Origin: Octopus vulgaris
Lineage: Eukaryota
DNA length: 64,000 nt
Assembly (NCBI GenBank): GCA_951406725.2
Contig: OX597815.1
Location: 9,734,001 to 9,798,000 of the forward strand
Direction: 5' to 3'
Shown here: positions 11,721 through 24,819 of the stretch, piece after piece
Numbering within the stretch: the first letter of the stretch is position 1
Layout: every line of letters starts with the position of its first letter
Notes under the pieces: generated by a model
What the model was told of the DNA's origin: nothing
What the model saw: the letters and a program-made list of their open reading frames with translations, nothing else
Database searches by the model: none
Position numbers and translations under genes: made by a program

Positions 11721-13024
11721 TAATCACAAATTACCACCACTACCATCATCATCATCATCATCATTATTATTTTTATGAATTTTATTTTAGATAAACAGGA
11801 AATGAAGAACATCAACATCAACAATGTAGAATGAAAAATCCAAATTCCTCCTAATAACAGTTCAACGTATGTTCTGTGATCTGTCAAGAGTTAAAAGATT
11901 AATTTACCGAAATAAAGTTGCTAGCCCCTCCTTAATTAATTAAAACCTGCTGCCATTTTCTTTCTAGATGAAACTCTTGTTTAGACAAATCTGGTTGCTG
12001 TTGCGTAGTCCCACGTCAATCCAGGTAGAGCAGATCCTGATCAAAGGTATTCCAGCCATGACTGTCTCATTTTTTTGCAGCATCTACGACTACATTATCT
12101 GAAGAATCCTTTTCATTTTTAAAATGGCAAAAAAAGATTTACAGGAAATACGGATTCTATTTAAAGCTGGTAGAGAAAACTTTCAGCCATATATAAATTA
12201 GTCATCACTCACTAACGATGTCTCTAAAAATTCACTGGATAAAAGAGCAGTTCAATCCTTAAGACCAGTCATTACATTACTGTCTTAAGTCCTGGGGTTC
12301 GAAAGATTGGTTGTCTAGTTTCAATGGTATTTAAGTGACTGAGACTGCAACATTCTCCCTGCATGAGACCCCACCCTATTGCAGGGTTACACATTTACAG
12401 CTGAGTGGACTGGAGCAACATGAAATGAAATGTTTTGCTCAAGAGCCCAATGCACCACCTGGTTCAGGAATTGAAACCATGATCTTGCAATTATCAGTAT
12501 AACACCCTAACCGCTTGGCCATGCACCTTTAAGACCAAAATGGTAATTTAATGTAAATTACATACCTATGAATTTGTCAAATTAAATGTTCATTTTTGTT
12601 CCAAGTGGATAAGAACCTAGAGGTGTGGGGCACATGGGCCTCACACCTACAGGCTTTTGTGCACTTGTACTTTACTCCAGGTAAGAAAAATATCCTCATT
12701 CCTACCCCAGAAACAGAGGCTCCTTCCCTATCATTGCAACTAGCTTAGATAAGCATAAGAAATACATAATCACTGCTCTTTGTGGAATCAATTTAGTAGC
12801 TCCTTCTTCTTTAGACGAAACTCCTAGCTGCTCCCCATTTAGACACAAACCACCATCTTCCCATGATTTAAGGACCACCATGTATCAAGAATCTATCTCA
12901 CATTTATCTATATTGTCTCAGTTTTTTATATAATATGACTCAGTGATTCCATTGTAGTTATACAACAACCTGGGCAAAGATGCTATCACTAATACTTTAT
13001 GACTGTATGGGTAAGGATGTATCA

Positions 13025-13440
13025 ATTTCTTTACTACCCACAAGGGGCTAAACACAGAGGGGACAAACAAAGACAGACAGACGAATTAAGTCGATTATAT
13101 CAACTCCAGTGCGTAACTGGCACTTAATTTATCGACCCCGAAAGGATGAAAGGCAAAGTCAACCTCGGCGGAATTTGAACTCAGAACGTAGAGACAGACG
13201 AAATACCTATTTCTTTACTGCCCACATGGGGCTAAACCTAGAGGGGACAAACAAGGACAGACAAATGGATTAAATCGATTACCTCGACTCCAGTGCATAA
13301 CTGATACTTAATTTATTGACCCTGAAAGGATGAGAGGCAAAGTCGACCTTGGAGGAATTTGAACTCAGAACGTAACAGCAGACGAAATTTGGCTATGCAT
13401 TTCGCCCAGCGTGCTAACGATTCTGCCAGCTCACCGCCTT
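13025..13440 (-). mobile_element. SINE family B, dimeric body
   Basis: Two body units plus head; degenerate TSD gggtaa(g/a)gatgtat. Confidence 0.85.
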
Positions 13441-13677
13441 CTGGGTAAAGATGTATATCTGACATGAATGGGTCTATGACTACACAGTCAAAGTAGTAGG
13501 CATGATTTGGATGGGTTGATAACTATGTGCAAAAAGGACATGTATGGACTTAGGGTTATAATGATTACAGTGTATATTTTACATGAATGGCTTCTCTTAC
13601 TATTTTCAGGGCAAAGAATCATCATTTAACGTCCGTTTTCCATGCTAGCATGGGTTGGATGGTTCGACCGGGGTCCA

Positions 13678-14085
13678 ACTGAGCTACTATATGGCTCAGA
13701 AACTTGGACGTTATCAAAGAAGCTTGAGAGGCAGTTGGATGGAACCTACACTCGCCTCCTTATGAGAGCTCAAAATCTCTCGTGGAAGCATCATCCAACA
13801 AATATATGGGAAATTACCACCTGTGTGATCTCTTGTGAAAGGTAAGAGAGTCCAGTTTGCTGGACATTGTTGTAGAGCTGAAAATGAGGTAATTTCAACT
13901 CTTCTCCTCTGGAAGCCATCTGCTCGCGATACCAGAGGGCGCACACTCTCCTACCCTGATGTAATCTCCAGGGATACAGGCATCCAGCAACAGGACCTCC
14001 GTAATGCTATGACGGACCGTGAGGTCTGGCGTAACATAGTAAATTCCATTGTCTCGAACCACGGTCGAACAATGATGATGATAAG
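13678..14085 (+). mobile_element. RTE-clade LINE 3' fragment (another family)
   Basis: LLYGSETWTLSKKLERQLDGTYTRLLMRAQNLSWK..RVQFAGHCCRA..DLRNAMTDREVWRNIV, ending in an (ATG)n tail. Confidence 0.85.
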
Positions 14086-14729
14086 ATGGTCTTTAGTGGA
14101 GGTGCTACACAGTTTTGATAGTTTAGAGGGGAAGAGGTAGATTTAGTGGTGGTAGGAAAACAAGGGGAAGATACACAGCTGCTGTCAGATTTATCTTTCT
14201 GTTGTACCCTGGGAAGGGTTAAAAATATTCAAACGAAACTATTTTTCTTTAATTTAGGCTTCACTGTTCCTCAGTGAGTAAGCCATTTAGGAATTGGTGG
14301 TGGAAGACTGGGAATATAGCAGGATGGTGTCTTGGGAGTAATAAGATTTGAATGAATTTAGGAGTAAAAGAAAAGTGAAAAGAATCTCAGTTTAAGTGGA
14401 TTAAATAAATGGATTCAGCTGAATTAAAGAATTCAAAGTAAAAACAAACAAGTGTTTCTACAGCTGGATGTCCTTCCTAACGCCAACCTCTCCGTGAGTG
14501 TAGTGGGTGCTTTTTACGTTCCACCAGCACAGGTGCCAGGGGAGGCTGGCTAAGGCCACGATCGGTTGGTGCTTTTTACGTGCCACTGGCACAGAAGCCA
14601 GTCAAGGCGGCGCTGGCATCGGCCATGTTTGGATGGTGCATCTTACGTGCCACCGACACAGGTATCGCACCTACAATTTCCGTTTGTTTTTTTTTTATGT
14701 TGGTGTACTTGACTCAATAGGTCTCCTCA

Positions 14730-14775
<46 letters not shown>

Positions 14776-15037
14776 GCTCATTACTCAACACCATGAACAC
14801 TGATATATCCCCCATAGAGGTAATAATGTGTATGTGGAGGTGGGGGTGTAGGTGCAGGCATGACTGTGTGATAAGAAGTTTGCTTCCCAACCACATGGTT
14901 CCAGGTTCAGTCCCACTGTGTGGCATCCTGGGTAGGTGTCTTCTACTATAGTCTTGGGCTGACTAAAGCCTTGTGAGTGGATTTGGTAGATAGAAACTGA
15001 AAGGAACTCATTGTTTGTATGTATGTTTGTTTGTATT

Positions 15038-15075
<38 letters not shown>

Positions 15076-15087
15076 TATATATATATA

Positions 15088-15450
15088 CTAGCAGTATAAC
15101 CCGGCTTTGCACGGGATTAAGTTATATATATAATATAAATATATATGGGCAACACACACACACACGAACACACATTCACACACGTACGTATGTACGTACA
15201 CCTATTGCATATAATGTTTTCTGTACGCATACATATTCATAAACAGAAATAATAAATGAAATATATAAATCAGTATATTATTTTTTTGTTTTTCTTTTTG
15301 TATAACCTCTTCAACAGGATTTTTGTTTTTCAGTATGTATATACATTGGTATTACTGAGTCTTCAGAGAATTTTGATCGGGCACTATAGTCATGTTGCGT
15401 TGGTGTGCAAATGAAAAGGTCAGACGAAGACTCTACCTTGAGCCCAATCA
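15088..15450 (-). mobile_element. Helitron 3' end, possibly with a decayed helicase C-terminus, inserted in the TA tract of a family A SINE (14851-15087)
   Basis: Minus strand cccgtgcaaagccggg hairpin then ttatactgCTAG|T at 15088; upstream frameshifted SRVESSSDLFIC..KNPVEEVI weakly resembles the Helitron helicase end. Right boundary uncertain. Confidence 0.5.
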
Positions 15451-16558
15451 CATCAACAGCTGAAAAATCAATCATGGCTCATTTAGAGCTTTCGCTACTT
15501 TTCACAGTAATTATTTATTCCTGCCACTGCCTTATTTGTTATACATTGCATAACGATTGAAATGTCATTTAAATGGAGACTGACAGGAGGAGGTAGAAGT
15601 GGTGGTGGTGGTGGTATGGAAATACCAATGACCTTTGCACATCTTCAATGATTCCGATGTCAATGAGGTCAATGATTTAGATGTCAGCTTAAACTTCTGT
15701 CGAGGAAAATGTGTGAGTGCTGAGTTGTGGGTTCAAGGAGAGCGCTCATTTGTGGCAGAAGGATTTGCTTAGTATTTAAACCAGCTCTATCCAGCCCAAA
15801 TAGTCTTCCTGTTTTGTGTTCAAGACAGCCAGATTTGGCCTCTCACACCTACCCATCAATGTCATTCTAAAAGTAAACATTCACTGCATCAAAACCTCGA
15901 AGCTATGAGATAATCCATGATTAATCCAAAACAAAGAGAATAAATAAGCAGAACATTTGATAGAGTAATCTGAAAGCTAAAGGGTTAATGCAGGATAAGT
16001 GTTGGGGTAGGGTCACAGTAGGAATAAGAAAAGGATGTGAAGTTATTTAGTCTCATTGAGTCAATCTGCAATCAGCAGAATTCCAGCCATGACCATCCCA
16101 TCTTTTACTAATATGCAAGGAACCAGAATCATATTATCTAAAGAATCCTTAAAAAGAAAAATGGTAGAGTGCGATCTGAGGGAAATTTGTTTTCTATTTC
16201 AAGCAGGTCAAACGACCACCTATTGGTTCAATAGGTGGTCATCGGCTCAAGGAGATATGAAGTGGTCATGGGTGGAAGTGGTATGCAGCTTCACAGATCA
16301 GAGAAGAAGAGGCAGTTGTAGTAGTGGGAGGAGATACAAGTGAAATGGTAGCTACAGTACACTAATGAGACTGTGGTTGTAGTGTAGTGACGAATGAGTC
16401 TCTAAAAAAAAAATGGTCATATTTAGGTAAAGTCCACAATGTTTGAAGGCAACAATATCCCAGGGTGTTGACTCAGTTATTCCTTTATTGCTTTACTGGA
16501 TTCAGTCATTGTACTGTGGCCATGCTATAGTATTACCTTTTAGTATTTTAGTTAATTA

Positions 16559-16926
16559 CTAGCACTATGACCCGGTGTTGCCAGCTCATAGTGCTAGTGC
16601 ATGCATATATAGCTGCATGCGTGCGCACATACATGTGAGTACTGTCCAAATCTCCCACCAATCACATACAGTTAGCTGGCATTCAATTGGCGTATCAAGT
16701 TTCGGGCATTTTGATTGGGTTTGGGATAGAAAGTTCACAAAAAAGTCACTTCTATTGATTTTTTAATGGCTTTGCAGGGTGACTGGGGAAATGTGAAGAT
16801 GTGCACGACCACCCTTGGACGGTTTTGAATGACCATAGAAAGTGTGAGCCCTCTAACTGAAAAATTGTGGATTTGTATAAAGGACACACACACAGACAGA
16901 CATTTTGCCGTTTATATATAGAGAGA
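16559..16926 (-). mobile_element. Non-autonomous Helitron
   Basis: A|TCtctctatatataaacggca start, caacaccggg hairpin, gtgCTAG|T end, no TSD. Confidence 0.8.
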
Positions 16927-17545
16927 TAAAAATCGAAATTGATCAAAAATCAATGGAAATTGTAGCTGTGATACCAGTGCTGGTGGCACATAAGAGAACC
17001 GTCCGAACGTGGCCGTTGCCAGCGCTGCCCCGACTGGCCTCCGTGCCGGTGGCATGTAAAAAGCACCATCCGATTGTGGCCGTTTGCCAGCCTCGTCTGG
17101 CCCCCATGCCAGTGGCACGTAAAAAGCACCATCCAATCGTGGCCGTTTGCCAGCCTCGTCTGGCCCCCATGCCAGTGGCACGTAAAAAGCACCATCCAAT
17201 CGTGGCCGTTTGCCAGCCTCGTCTGGCCCCCATGCCTGTGGCACGTAAAAAGCACCATCCAATCGTGGCCGTTTGCCAGCCTCGTCTGGCCCCCATGCCA
17301 GTGGCACGTAAAAAGCACCATCCAATCGTGGCCGTTTGCCAGCCTCGTCTGGCACCTGTGCAGGTGGCACGTAAAAAGCACCCACTACACTCACGGAGTG
17401 GTTGGCGTTAGGAAGGGCATCCAGCTGTAGAAACACTGCCAGATCAGACTGGGACTGGCGCAGCCGACTGGCTCCCCAGACCCCAGTTGAACCGTCCAAC
17501 CCATGCTAGCATGGAAAACAGACGTTAAACGATGATGATGATGAT
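16927..17545 (+). mobile_element. Family C RTE 3'UTR with expanded 63-bp VNTR
   Basis: About 6 units with 63-bp period (17112, 17175, ...), then ggaagggcatccagctg and (gat)n. Confidence 0.9.
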
Positions 17546-18250
17546 AACTATATATATACTTAATAGATATACTTAATCTGGTAGTCATTTCATCAGCTCC
17601 TATTTATTCAATCGAAATACACCCTATTGTGGAGTTATCATTCTTTTACATTATCACAAGGTATTTACATTGATTTCTACCTGAAAAGACTGAAATAGAA
17701 GCTCATTTATTTCACTCGTTACTTGTCAGACTATAAACACTAATTACATTCTGAAAATGGGTGCAGGTACAGCCATGTAATTAAGAAGTTTGCCTCACAG
17801 CAAGTGGCCCTGGATTCAGTTCTACAGTGAAAACCTTCGCTACATGACTTCTATTACAGTATTGCATTAACCAATGCCTTGTTAATAGTGGAAACTATAC
17901 AGAAATCATTATTAACCCTTTTAGCATTCAGATTTCTCTGTCAAATATGATGCTTATTTATTCACATTGTTTTGAATTAATCATCCATTATCTTGTGGTT
18001 TCAAAATTTTAATGATGTTTGTACCATATTTTCTGGCATACAAGTCAAGATAGTGTGTAGTGTAAACATTTAAAAAGAAGTCACCATCTTTCCAAATCCT
18101 GCAGTATTCCACACGGGATTTTTGGTCTGCCAAAGTTATCATGGTATATATGATAACCTATCTTTTTTGGTTGTAAATTTTGATCTGAAAAATTCAACTT
18201 GTTTACCATGTGGTATGTGTATGTGTATTTGGGTATGTGTCTGTGTGTGA

Positions 18251-18313
<63 letters not shown>

Positions 18314-20939
18314 TCTCACTTCTTCACAACTGGAATTGGTTTATGTCCACATAAATTAGTGATTTTGGCCAAAATAGATCGATAGAATAAGTACCAGACT
18401 TCAAACCTAAGTACTCAATATTCCAGGAATTCAATCAATGGAACTACTTATTCATTGAATCATAGAATGAGTGTTCAAATATTCCACAGAATATTCCATG
18501 GATTCTTGTACTTAATGTAATCCTCAAAGCAGAATCAGCATGACATAATATAAGACAAGGCTAAACTTTTGAATTACAGCTGCAGGATATCGAACGGGCT
18601 TTTGCATAGTTTCCATCTACTCAATATTACTTACTTAGATTTCGGTTAACCCAATTCTATGTTAAAACAACATGCAACATGATTGAACTCAGGATTACAT
18701 AACTGCAAAGCAAACGTCTTAACCACCCAGCCATGACTGTGCCCACTCTGGATATTGCAGATCAGTATGATATAAACCAATATGATATTCTGGATATTAT
18801 CAGGACAGTGTTATATAATTCTGTGTGATATTCTTAATATTGTAAGACAGCATTATATAGGATCATATATTAGTTATAGGCTACTGTACAATACTATGGA
18901 TTCATATGACATAATATGCTTATATAATACTATATGTTGCTACAGGGTATTATCAAAAAATGGATCAAAGATCCTTCCTAAGCCATAGCCTCATAAGGTT
19001 GGTTACCCAGATTCTGTAGTATATATATTTCACAAACACACACGCCTCCATGGAGAGGTCACTGGACCATTACAGGACAGGGTATTATAGTATAATAATA
19101 TAATAATATAAGCTCATATACAATATTAGTACAAGTAACAGTAAAGTAATGAAACTGATTTGCAATGATGTAATTTGACAAAATAAACCAGGATATATTA
19201 TAAGTATGATATTAATATCTGGCAGAGAGGATTCAGTCCATTCTATTACCAAACTCTATGCTTTAGTGCAAAGATAGGAAAGACAAACTTTCCTATCCAA
19301 ACTGCAATACATTCAATAAAGATTCTTAGATAAAACGTTTTAATATTCATGTGCACATAATGGCACAGATCCAGTTTTAACAGGAATCTGTTGCCAAACA
19401 TCTCACACATGAACATGACAAACATCAGGATTTCAAATAAAAGTTATTATCCAAGGCCTTCTTAATTAAAAACGTATTGTCGACAATTGTTAATTTGGTT
19501 GAAGCACTCTTATAAAAGTATGACATTTCTATTATCTGGATTTCTGAGAGCAAAAATTTACGCTTCAACTCATTTCATTGATATCCTAATCTACTTAGCT
19601 TCAAGTGCATATCTTTTCTGACGTTTCTTATTTTCTGAATTAAATTAATTTTACTTATTTGGTATAGATAAACCTACACTTCAATACCCCTTGGTAGATG
19701 ATTTATTGTGATTATATTAGCGTCGCATTACTGGCACTCGAGCCCTGTGCTAGTAGGGTATTAAGAGCACCATCCGAGTGTGATCGTTGCCAGAGCAGCT
19801 ATCTGGCCTCCATGTCGGTGGCACATAAAAGACACCATTCAAGCATGATCATTACCAGCATCGCCTCACTGGCACCTGTGCCAGAGGCATGTGTAAAAGA
19901 TTCGAGTGAGGTTGTTGCCAGTACTGCCTGACTGGCCCCGTGCTGGTGGCACAAAAAGCACCCACTACACTCTCGGAGTGGTTAGCATTAGGAAAGGCAT
20001 CAAGCTGTAGAAACTCTGCCAGATCAAGATTGGAGCCTGGTGCAGCCATCTGGTTCACCAGCCCTCAGCCATATGTCCAACCCATGCTAGCATGGAAAAC
20101 GGATGTTAAACGATGATGATGATGAGATCACTTGTACGATTGCATGCAGACATATTTTAATTATTGCACACTATTTCTATGCAGTACAAAAAGGCTTTAC
20201 TGTGAAAGATCTCAGGGGTTGTGAGGGCCAGACAGGTTTTCAGCCACACATTGAGACAGCTTTTACATGGATACCCTATCTGCGAAAAGTAGTAAGACAA
20301 ATCCTTCTTAAATCATACTCTACTATCTTAAAAAAAAAAAAAAGAAAAGCACATTGCATAATACAGGTAAATATACAAAAGGAGGAGGTGGTCATGGCTG
20401 AAACGTCTTTGATCATAAGTCTGTTTGATCAAGGCTATCAAGGACTAACTAGAAATAGCTGCTGCAACACTACAATTTGCAACTGACTAGGCACACCTAA
20501 CTAAATCATATCAGTTATAAACCCTTCCACATTAAAACATCTATTAGTATAAATGTTTTTGTTTTTGTTTTTTTTGGAACAGTGAAACTTGAAGTAGATA
20601 AAGCAATAAATAACAGCAAATAAATATTGGGTTTAAAAAAGCCTTTCACTTTTTCTATCCAAAGACTTTTTAAACCTAATATTTACACACTAATATTTAT
20701 AGCATTATCTGCTTCAAGCTTCAATGTTCCAAAACAGAATTATTACACATCCTCTCAAGATTTATAAATTCTTATGGCATCAGCAACATTTACTGGTATA
20801 ATGTAATATTTTACATATCTAGAGGTGTGTACTTGATTAAGTTTGTCTATATGTGTTTAAGAAAGCTCACTTCCCCACATATAAAATACAATGACACCAG
20901 AGCCATATACTACACTCTGCATAACACTATCACTACATT

Positions 20940-21205
20940 ATAATAATAATATTGAAATTATTGTATACAGTGCTCAGGTGCACCACAACTTGTCAAAAGT
21001 GCGTATAAAGCATATGCAGTAATGTACAAATGTCTGGGAAGTGAACAGTGTATGAGTCAGATACATGCTTGCGTGTGTATGGAGGGGAGAAAATCAGGTG
21101 TAGTGTTGGCGAATCTCAGGAAGCATGGAAGTTTTGAAGGATGCAGTGCTCCGACAACTAACAACTGATGCCAGCAGTTTGTTCCATGCTTCAGCAACTC
21201 TTAGC
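20940..21205 (-). mobile_element. CR1-clade LINE 3' end
   Basis: Reverse complement of 43270-43537; (ATT)n tail. Confidence 0.85.
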
Positions 21206-21579
21206 TTCAAACAGCTCTACATCACACAATACAATGGATTCCTGATTGCCTTGTTGCAATGACCACAGCATTGTATTCCAGAGCTGACCTGAGGATAAGC
21301 AACATGTCCTCCTACAACACTTCACTCCTTGACCATACTGTAGCACTTCTCCACTATACTCAAGACAATTCAAAAATCAATGTTAAAAAAAAAACGACTG
21401 ACAGAAATCAGATAGATGTGTGACATATTTAACATTCTAAATTCCTCTCTCAGAAGATGTCTTTGTAATAATTGCACTTAAAGTTCCAGCTAAATTTTTT
21501 TCAGTAAAATCAAATTACTCAATGTAAAACCTAAATCTCCATCAGATAATATTTGTGTAATCACTCATCCTACTCAATG

Positions 21580-21790
21580 TCCTGCCTTTAACCCTCCAAC
21601 GCGGAGTATAGGCCACTTATAGTTGAATTTCTATGTCGCATGATTTTTCGCTTCTGTATTAATACTCTGCTATGAATGTCCTCCTTTCTCTAGTTCCTTT
21701 TGAGTTGATCTACGCCACAAGTTCTTAGGCCTACCTCTCCTTCTATATCCAACCGGTTTCCACTTTAAAGCACTTTCGCTACATTTAGTC
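21580..21790 (-). mobile_element. Decayed RTE-clade LINE 3' end
   Basis: KWKPVGYRRRGRPKNLWRRSTQKELEKGGHS motif. Confidence 0.7.
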
Positions 21791-22451
21791 TCTCAAAGCC
21801 CAACCCCTTGTCCTTGTCATCAGAGATGGAAACAGGTAAAGCTCTGGTGAAGTTGAATGGGCTAATCACCCGTGCAATGGATTTTTTCCAAATTGATTAC
21901 GAAAGCACTGATAGTTGACAAATCTTGTCCTATTAATTTACCATCCTACTCAATGCAAAAACAAAATTTCTTTTCAATAAATTCTATTATATTTCAGGTG
22001 GAAACCCATGTTTCAAGACTGGATCTTTAGACTGAATGGTTAACAGTGTGAAGGCAGATCAGTTAATAATATGCAAACAATGGTTGACAGTATGAAGACA
22101 GAATGGTTGACAGTATTGACAGAATTGTTGACATTATGACGACAGAATGACATGAACTTGGATAACAATTTTCTCCAATACCATTTGCAATGCAACTGGA
22201 CACATCATCTTTGCTTATCCTCTAACTGTTTCAGGTGTTACAACAATCAGACACACTCACTCTAGCAACTCAACTAGGACTGATCAAACCTCGTCTTCTG
22301 ACCAGGTAGCACTGACTCATATAGCATTACTCCATCCATGTCTCACATCACTCGATCCACAGCCAACTTGAAGCAACTTCTGCAGTCTTGGCAGCTAACT
22401 CAGTAGATTTCTGCCTTAACATTGTTAAACATTTCAATAAACTCTCCCAGT

Positions 22452-22613
22452 ATCATAAGACAACTCATGATCATAAGTCAACTCATGATCATAAGTCAAC
22501 TCATGATCATAAGTCAACTCATGATCATAAGTCAACTCATGATCATAAGTCAACTCATGATCATAAATCAAATCATGATCATAAGTCAAATCATGATCAT
22601 AAGTCAAATCATG
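22452..22613. repeat. 18-bp minisatellite x9 (atcataagtcaactcatg)
   Basis: Near-perfect tandem array with palindromic core atgatcat. Confidence 0.95.
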
Positions 22614-22658
22614 CAGAGCTGATTGGCTACAACTAAACAACAACAGTAATATTCTCAC

Positions 22659-22718
22659 CATCTCTATGGTAGTTCTCATTGTTGACCTGGTCCAGATATT
22701 CACCGTTGAATTGATTAG
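22659..22718 (-). CDS. 60-nt coding exon (phase 1-1), xNQFNGEYLDQVNNENYHRD(G), upstream exon of the same gene
   Basis: Acceptor cttttctattctattttgcAG|CT at 22719/22718 and donor GATG|GTGAGA at 22659/22658. Open in phase 1 and splices in frame to the 4225 exon, giving ...YHRD-G-TVIPKH. Confidence 0.7.
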
Positions 22719-23419
22719 CTGCAAAATAGAATAGAAAAGTAATTAACACAGGTGTAATCAACACAGGTGTTATTAAATAATCATGGCTTCTGTTTAGTTT
22801 TTATCTTTTAATTATTTCAAAATTATGTTTTTCCTCAAGGTTATAATTTTCCGCACTATTATGATCGTCTTTAGACTATATATTTACAATATTTATATTA
22901 ACGTCACTTTTTGATTAGCTCAATTTCCAACTGCCAGCATGCCTCAGGTAAGATTCAAATGAGGCACCTTCGTTTGTGCTATAACCTTAATATTTGATTT
23001 GTACTCTATGATTAGAACATTCAAGATAGTTTGAGAGAATAATTAAAGCTTGGAGAAGTCAAGTTTGAACTAATTTACTACGTGACATATATTCCATGCT
23101 AACCACTCCACAATGTTACAGGAAACCTAACAATGTTTACACCATTAGCAACAGAGTATTAGATTATCAGAACCATACAACATACACACATTATCATACA
23201 CAGACTGTCAATGTACACATCATCATCATCATTATCGTCATTTTGATGTCCACTTTTCCATGCTTGCATGAGAGAAACAGTAGAAGAAACACACATTATG
23301 AGGCAGAGAAATTTAAATAGTGTGCATGCTAGCATGGAAGACGGATGTTAAACGATGATGATGATGATGTGTGCTCAGTAACACCCTGAATTATCACATT
23401 CAGAAATGTACACACATTA

Positions 23420-23807
23420 TCTCTCTATATATAAACGGCAGTTTGTCTGTGCGTGTTTCTGTGTGTCTGTTTGCTTGTACCGTCACCCTGACCACGGCTT
23501 TCAACCGATTCTGATGAAACTTGACGCACACACATAGCCCAATGTCATAATTCAAAACTAACGCAGCCAAAATTTTGAAAAGTTTCCCCAGTTCTGAAAA
23601 AAATCGATAAATTCGACATGGGGTCGAGAATCAGAAACACGAACCACAAACTGTCTAGGGGACGCAACTCCATCCTTTTTTAACTCTCAAAAAAAAATTT
23701 ACCATCATTTTTTTCCATTTTTTTGCTATTTTTTGGCTATAACTCTCTAAAAATGCTTTATAGTTATTTCCCTTACAAACCTGAGCAACGCCGGGCGATA
23801 CTGCTAG
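23420..23807 (+). mobile_element. Non-autonomous Helitron
   Basis: A|TC start at 23420, cctgagcaacgccggg hairpin, ctgCTAG|T end at 23807. Confidence 0.85.
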
Positions 23808-23949
23808 TCCTCTATAAAAACACACATACACAAACATTATCATATACAGAAACACAAATTATCATGTATAAAAATGTACATTATTGCATAGAGAAACACA
23901 AACATTATATTGTACAGAAATTGTTTCCAGCATAGGGCTATTCAATACC

Positions 23950-24549
23950 TATTTCTTTACTGCCCACAAGGGGCTAAACACAGAGGGGACAAACAAAGAC
24001 AGACAAATGAATGAAGTCGATTACATCGACCCCAGTGTGAAACTGGTACTTATTTAATCGACCCCGAAAGGATGAAAGGCAGAGTCGACCTTGGCGGAAT
24101 TTGAACTCAGAACGTAGCGATAGACAAAATACTTATTTCTTTACTACCCACAAGGGGCTAAACACAGAGGGGACAAACAAGGACAGACAAACGGATCAAG
24201 TCGATTACGTCGACCCCAGTGTGTAACTGGTACTTATTTGATCGACCCCGATAGGATGAAAGGCAAAGCCGACCTCGGCAGAATTTGAACTCAGAATGTA
24301 AGACAGACGAAATACCTATTTCTTTACTACCCACAAGGGACTAAACACAGAGAGGACAAACAAGGACAGACAAACGGATCAAGTCGATTACATCGACCCC
24401 AGTGTGTAACTGGTACTTATTTAATCTACCCCGAAAGGATGAAAGGCAAAGTCGACCTTGGCGGAATTTGAACTCAGAACGTGGCGACAGACAAAATACT
24501 GCTAAGCATTTTGCCCGGTGTGCTAACGTTTATGCCAGTTGGCTGCCTT
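23950..24549 (-). mobile_element. SINE family B, trimeric body
   Basis: Units start at 23950, 24134 and 24317; TSD attcaatacc at 23940-23949 and 24553-24562. Confidence 0.9.
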
Positions 24550-24819
24550 ATAATTCAATACCATAGACCTCAGTACATGACTGGTATTTTTTCAACCTCA
24601 AAAGGATGATCACAGTGGGATTTGAACTCAGAATGTAAATAGTTAGAACAAATACCACCAGGCATTGCCATTATCATGCATGGAAATACACATTATCATG
24701 TACACCAACACACACACATAACATCATGTACAGAAATTCAAACACCTTAGTAAGAACACAGACATACACATATTATCATGTACAGGAACACACACACATC
24801 CATAAACAGAAACGCAACT

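Noticed and set aside
11164-11794. Poly-Asn/Ile/Leu ORFs
   Set aside because: Translation of a (TAT)n tract.
16905-17499. Proteins with 21-aa repeats
   Set aside because: Translation of the 63-bp VNTR in the RTE 3'UTR, seen in many dispersed copies.
23505-23525. CTGATGA hammerhead core
   Set aside because: Part of a Helitron internal motif (ccgattctgatgaaacttg); no stem II and GAAA geometry.
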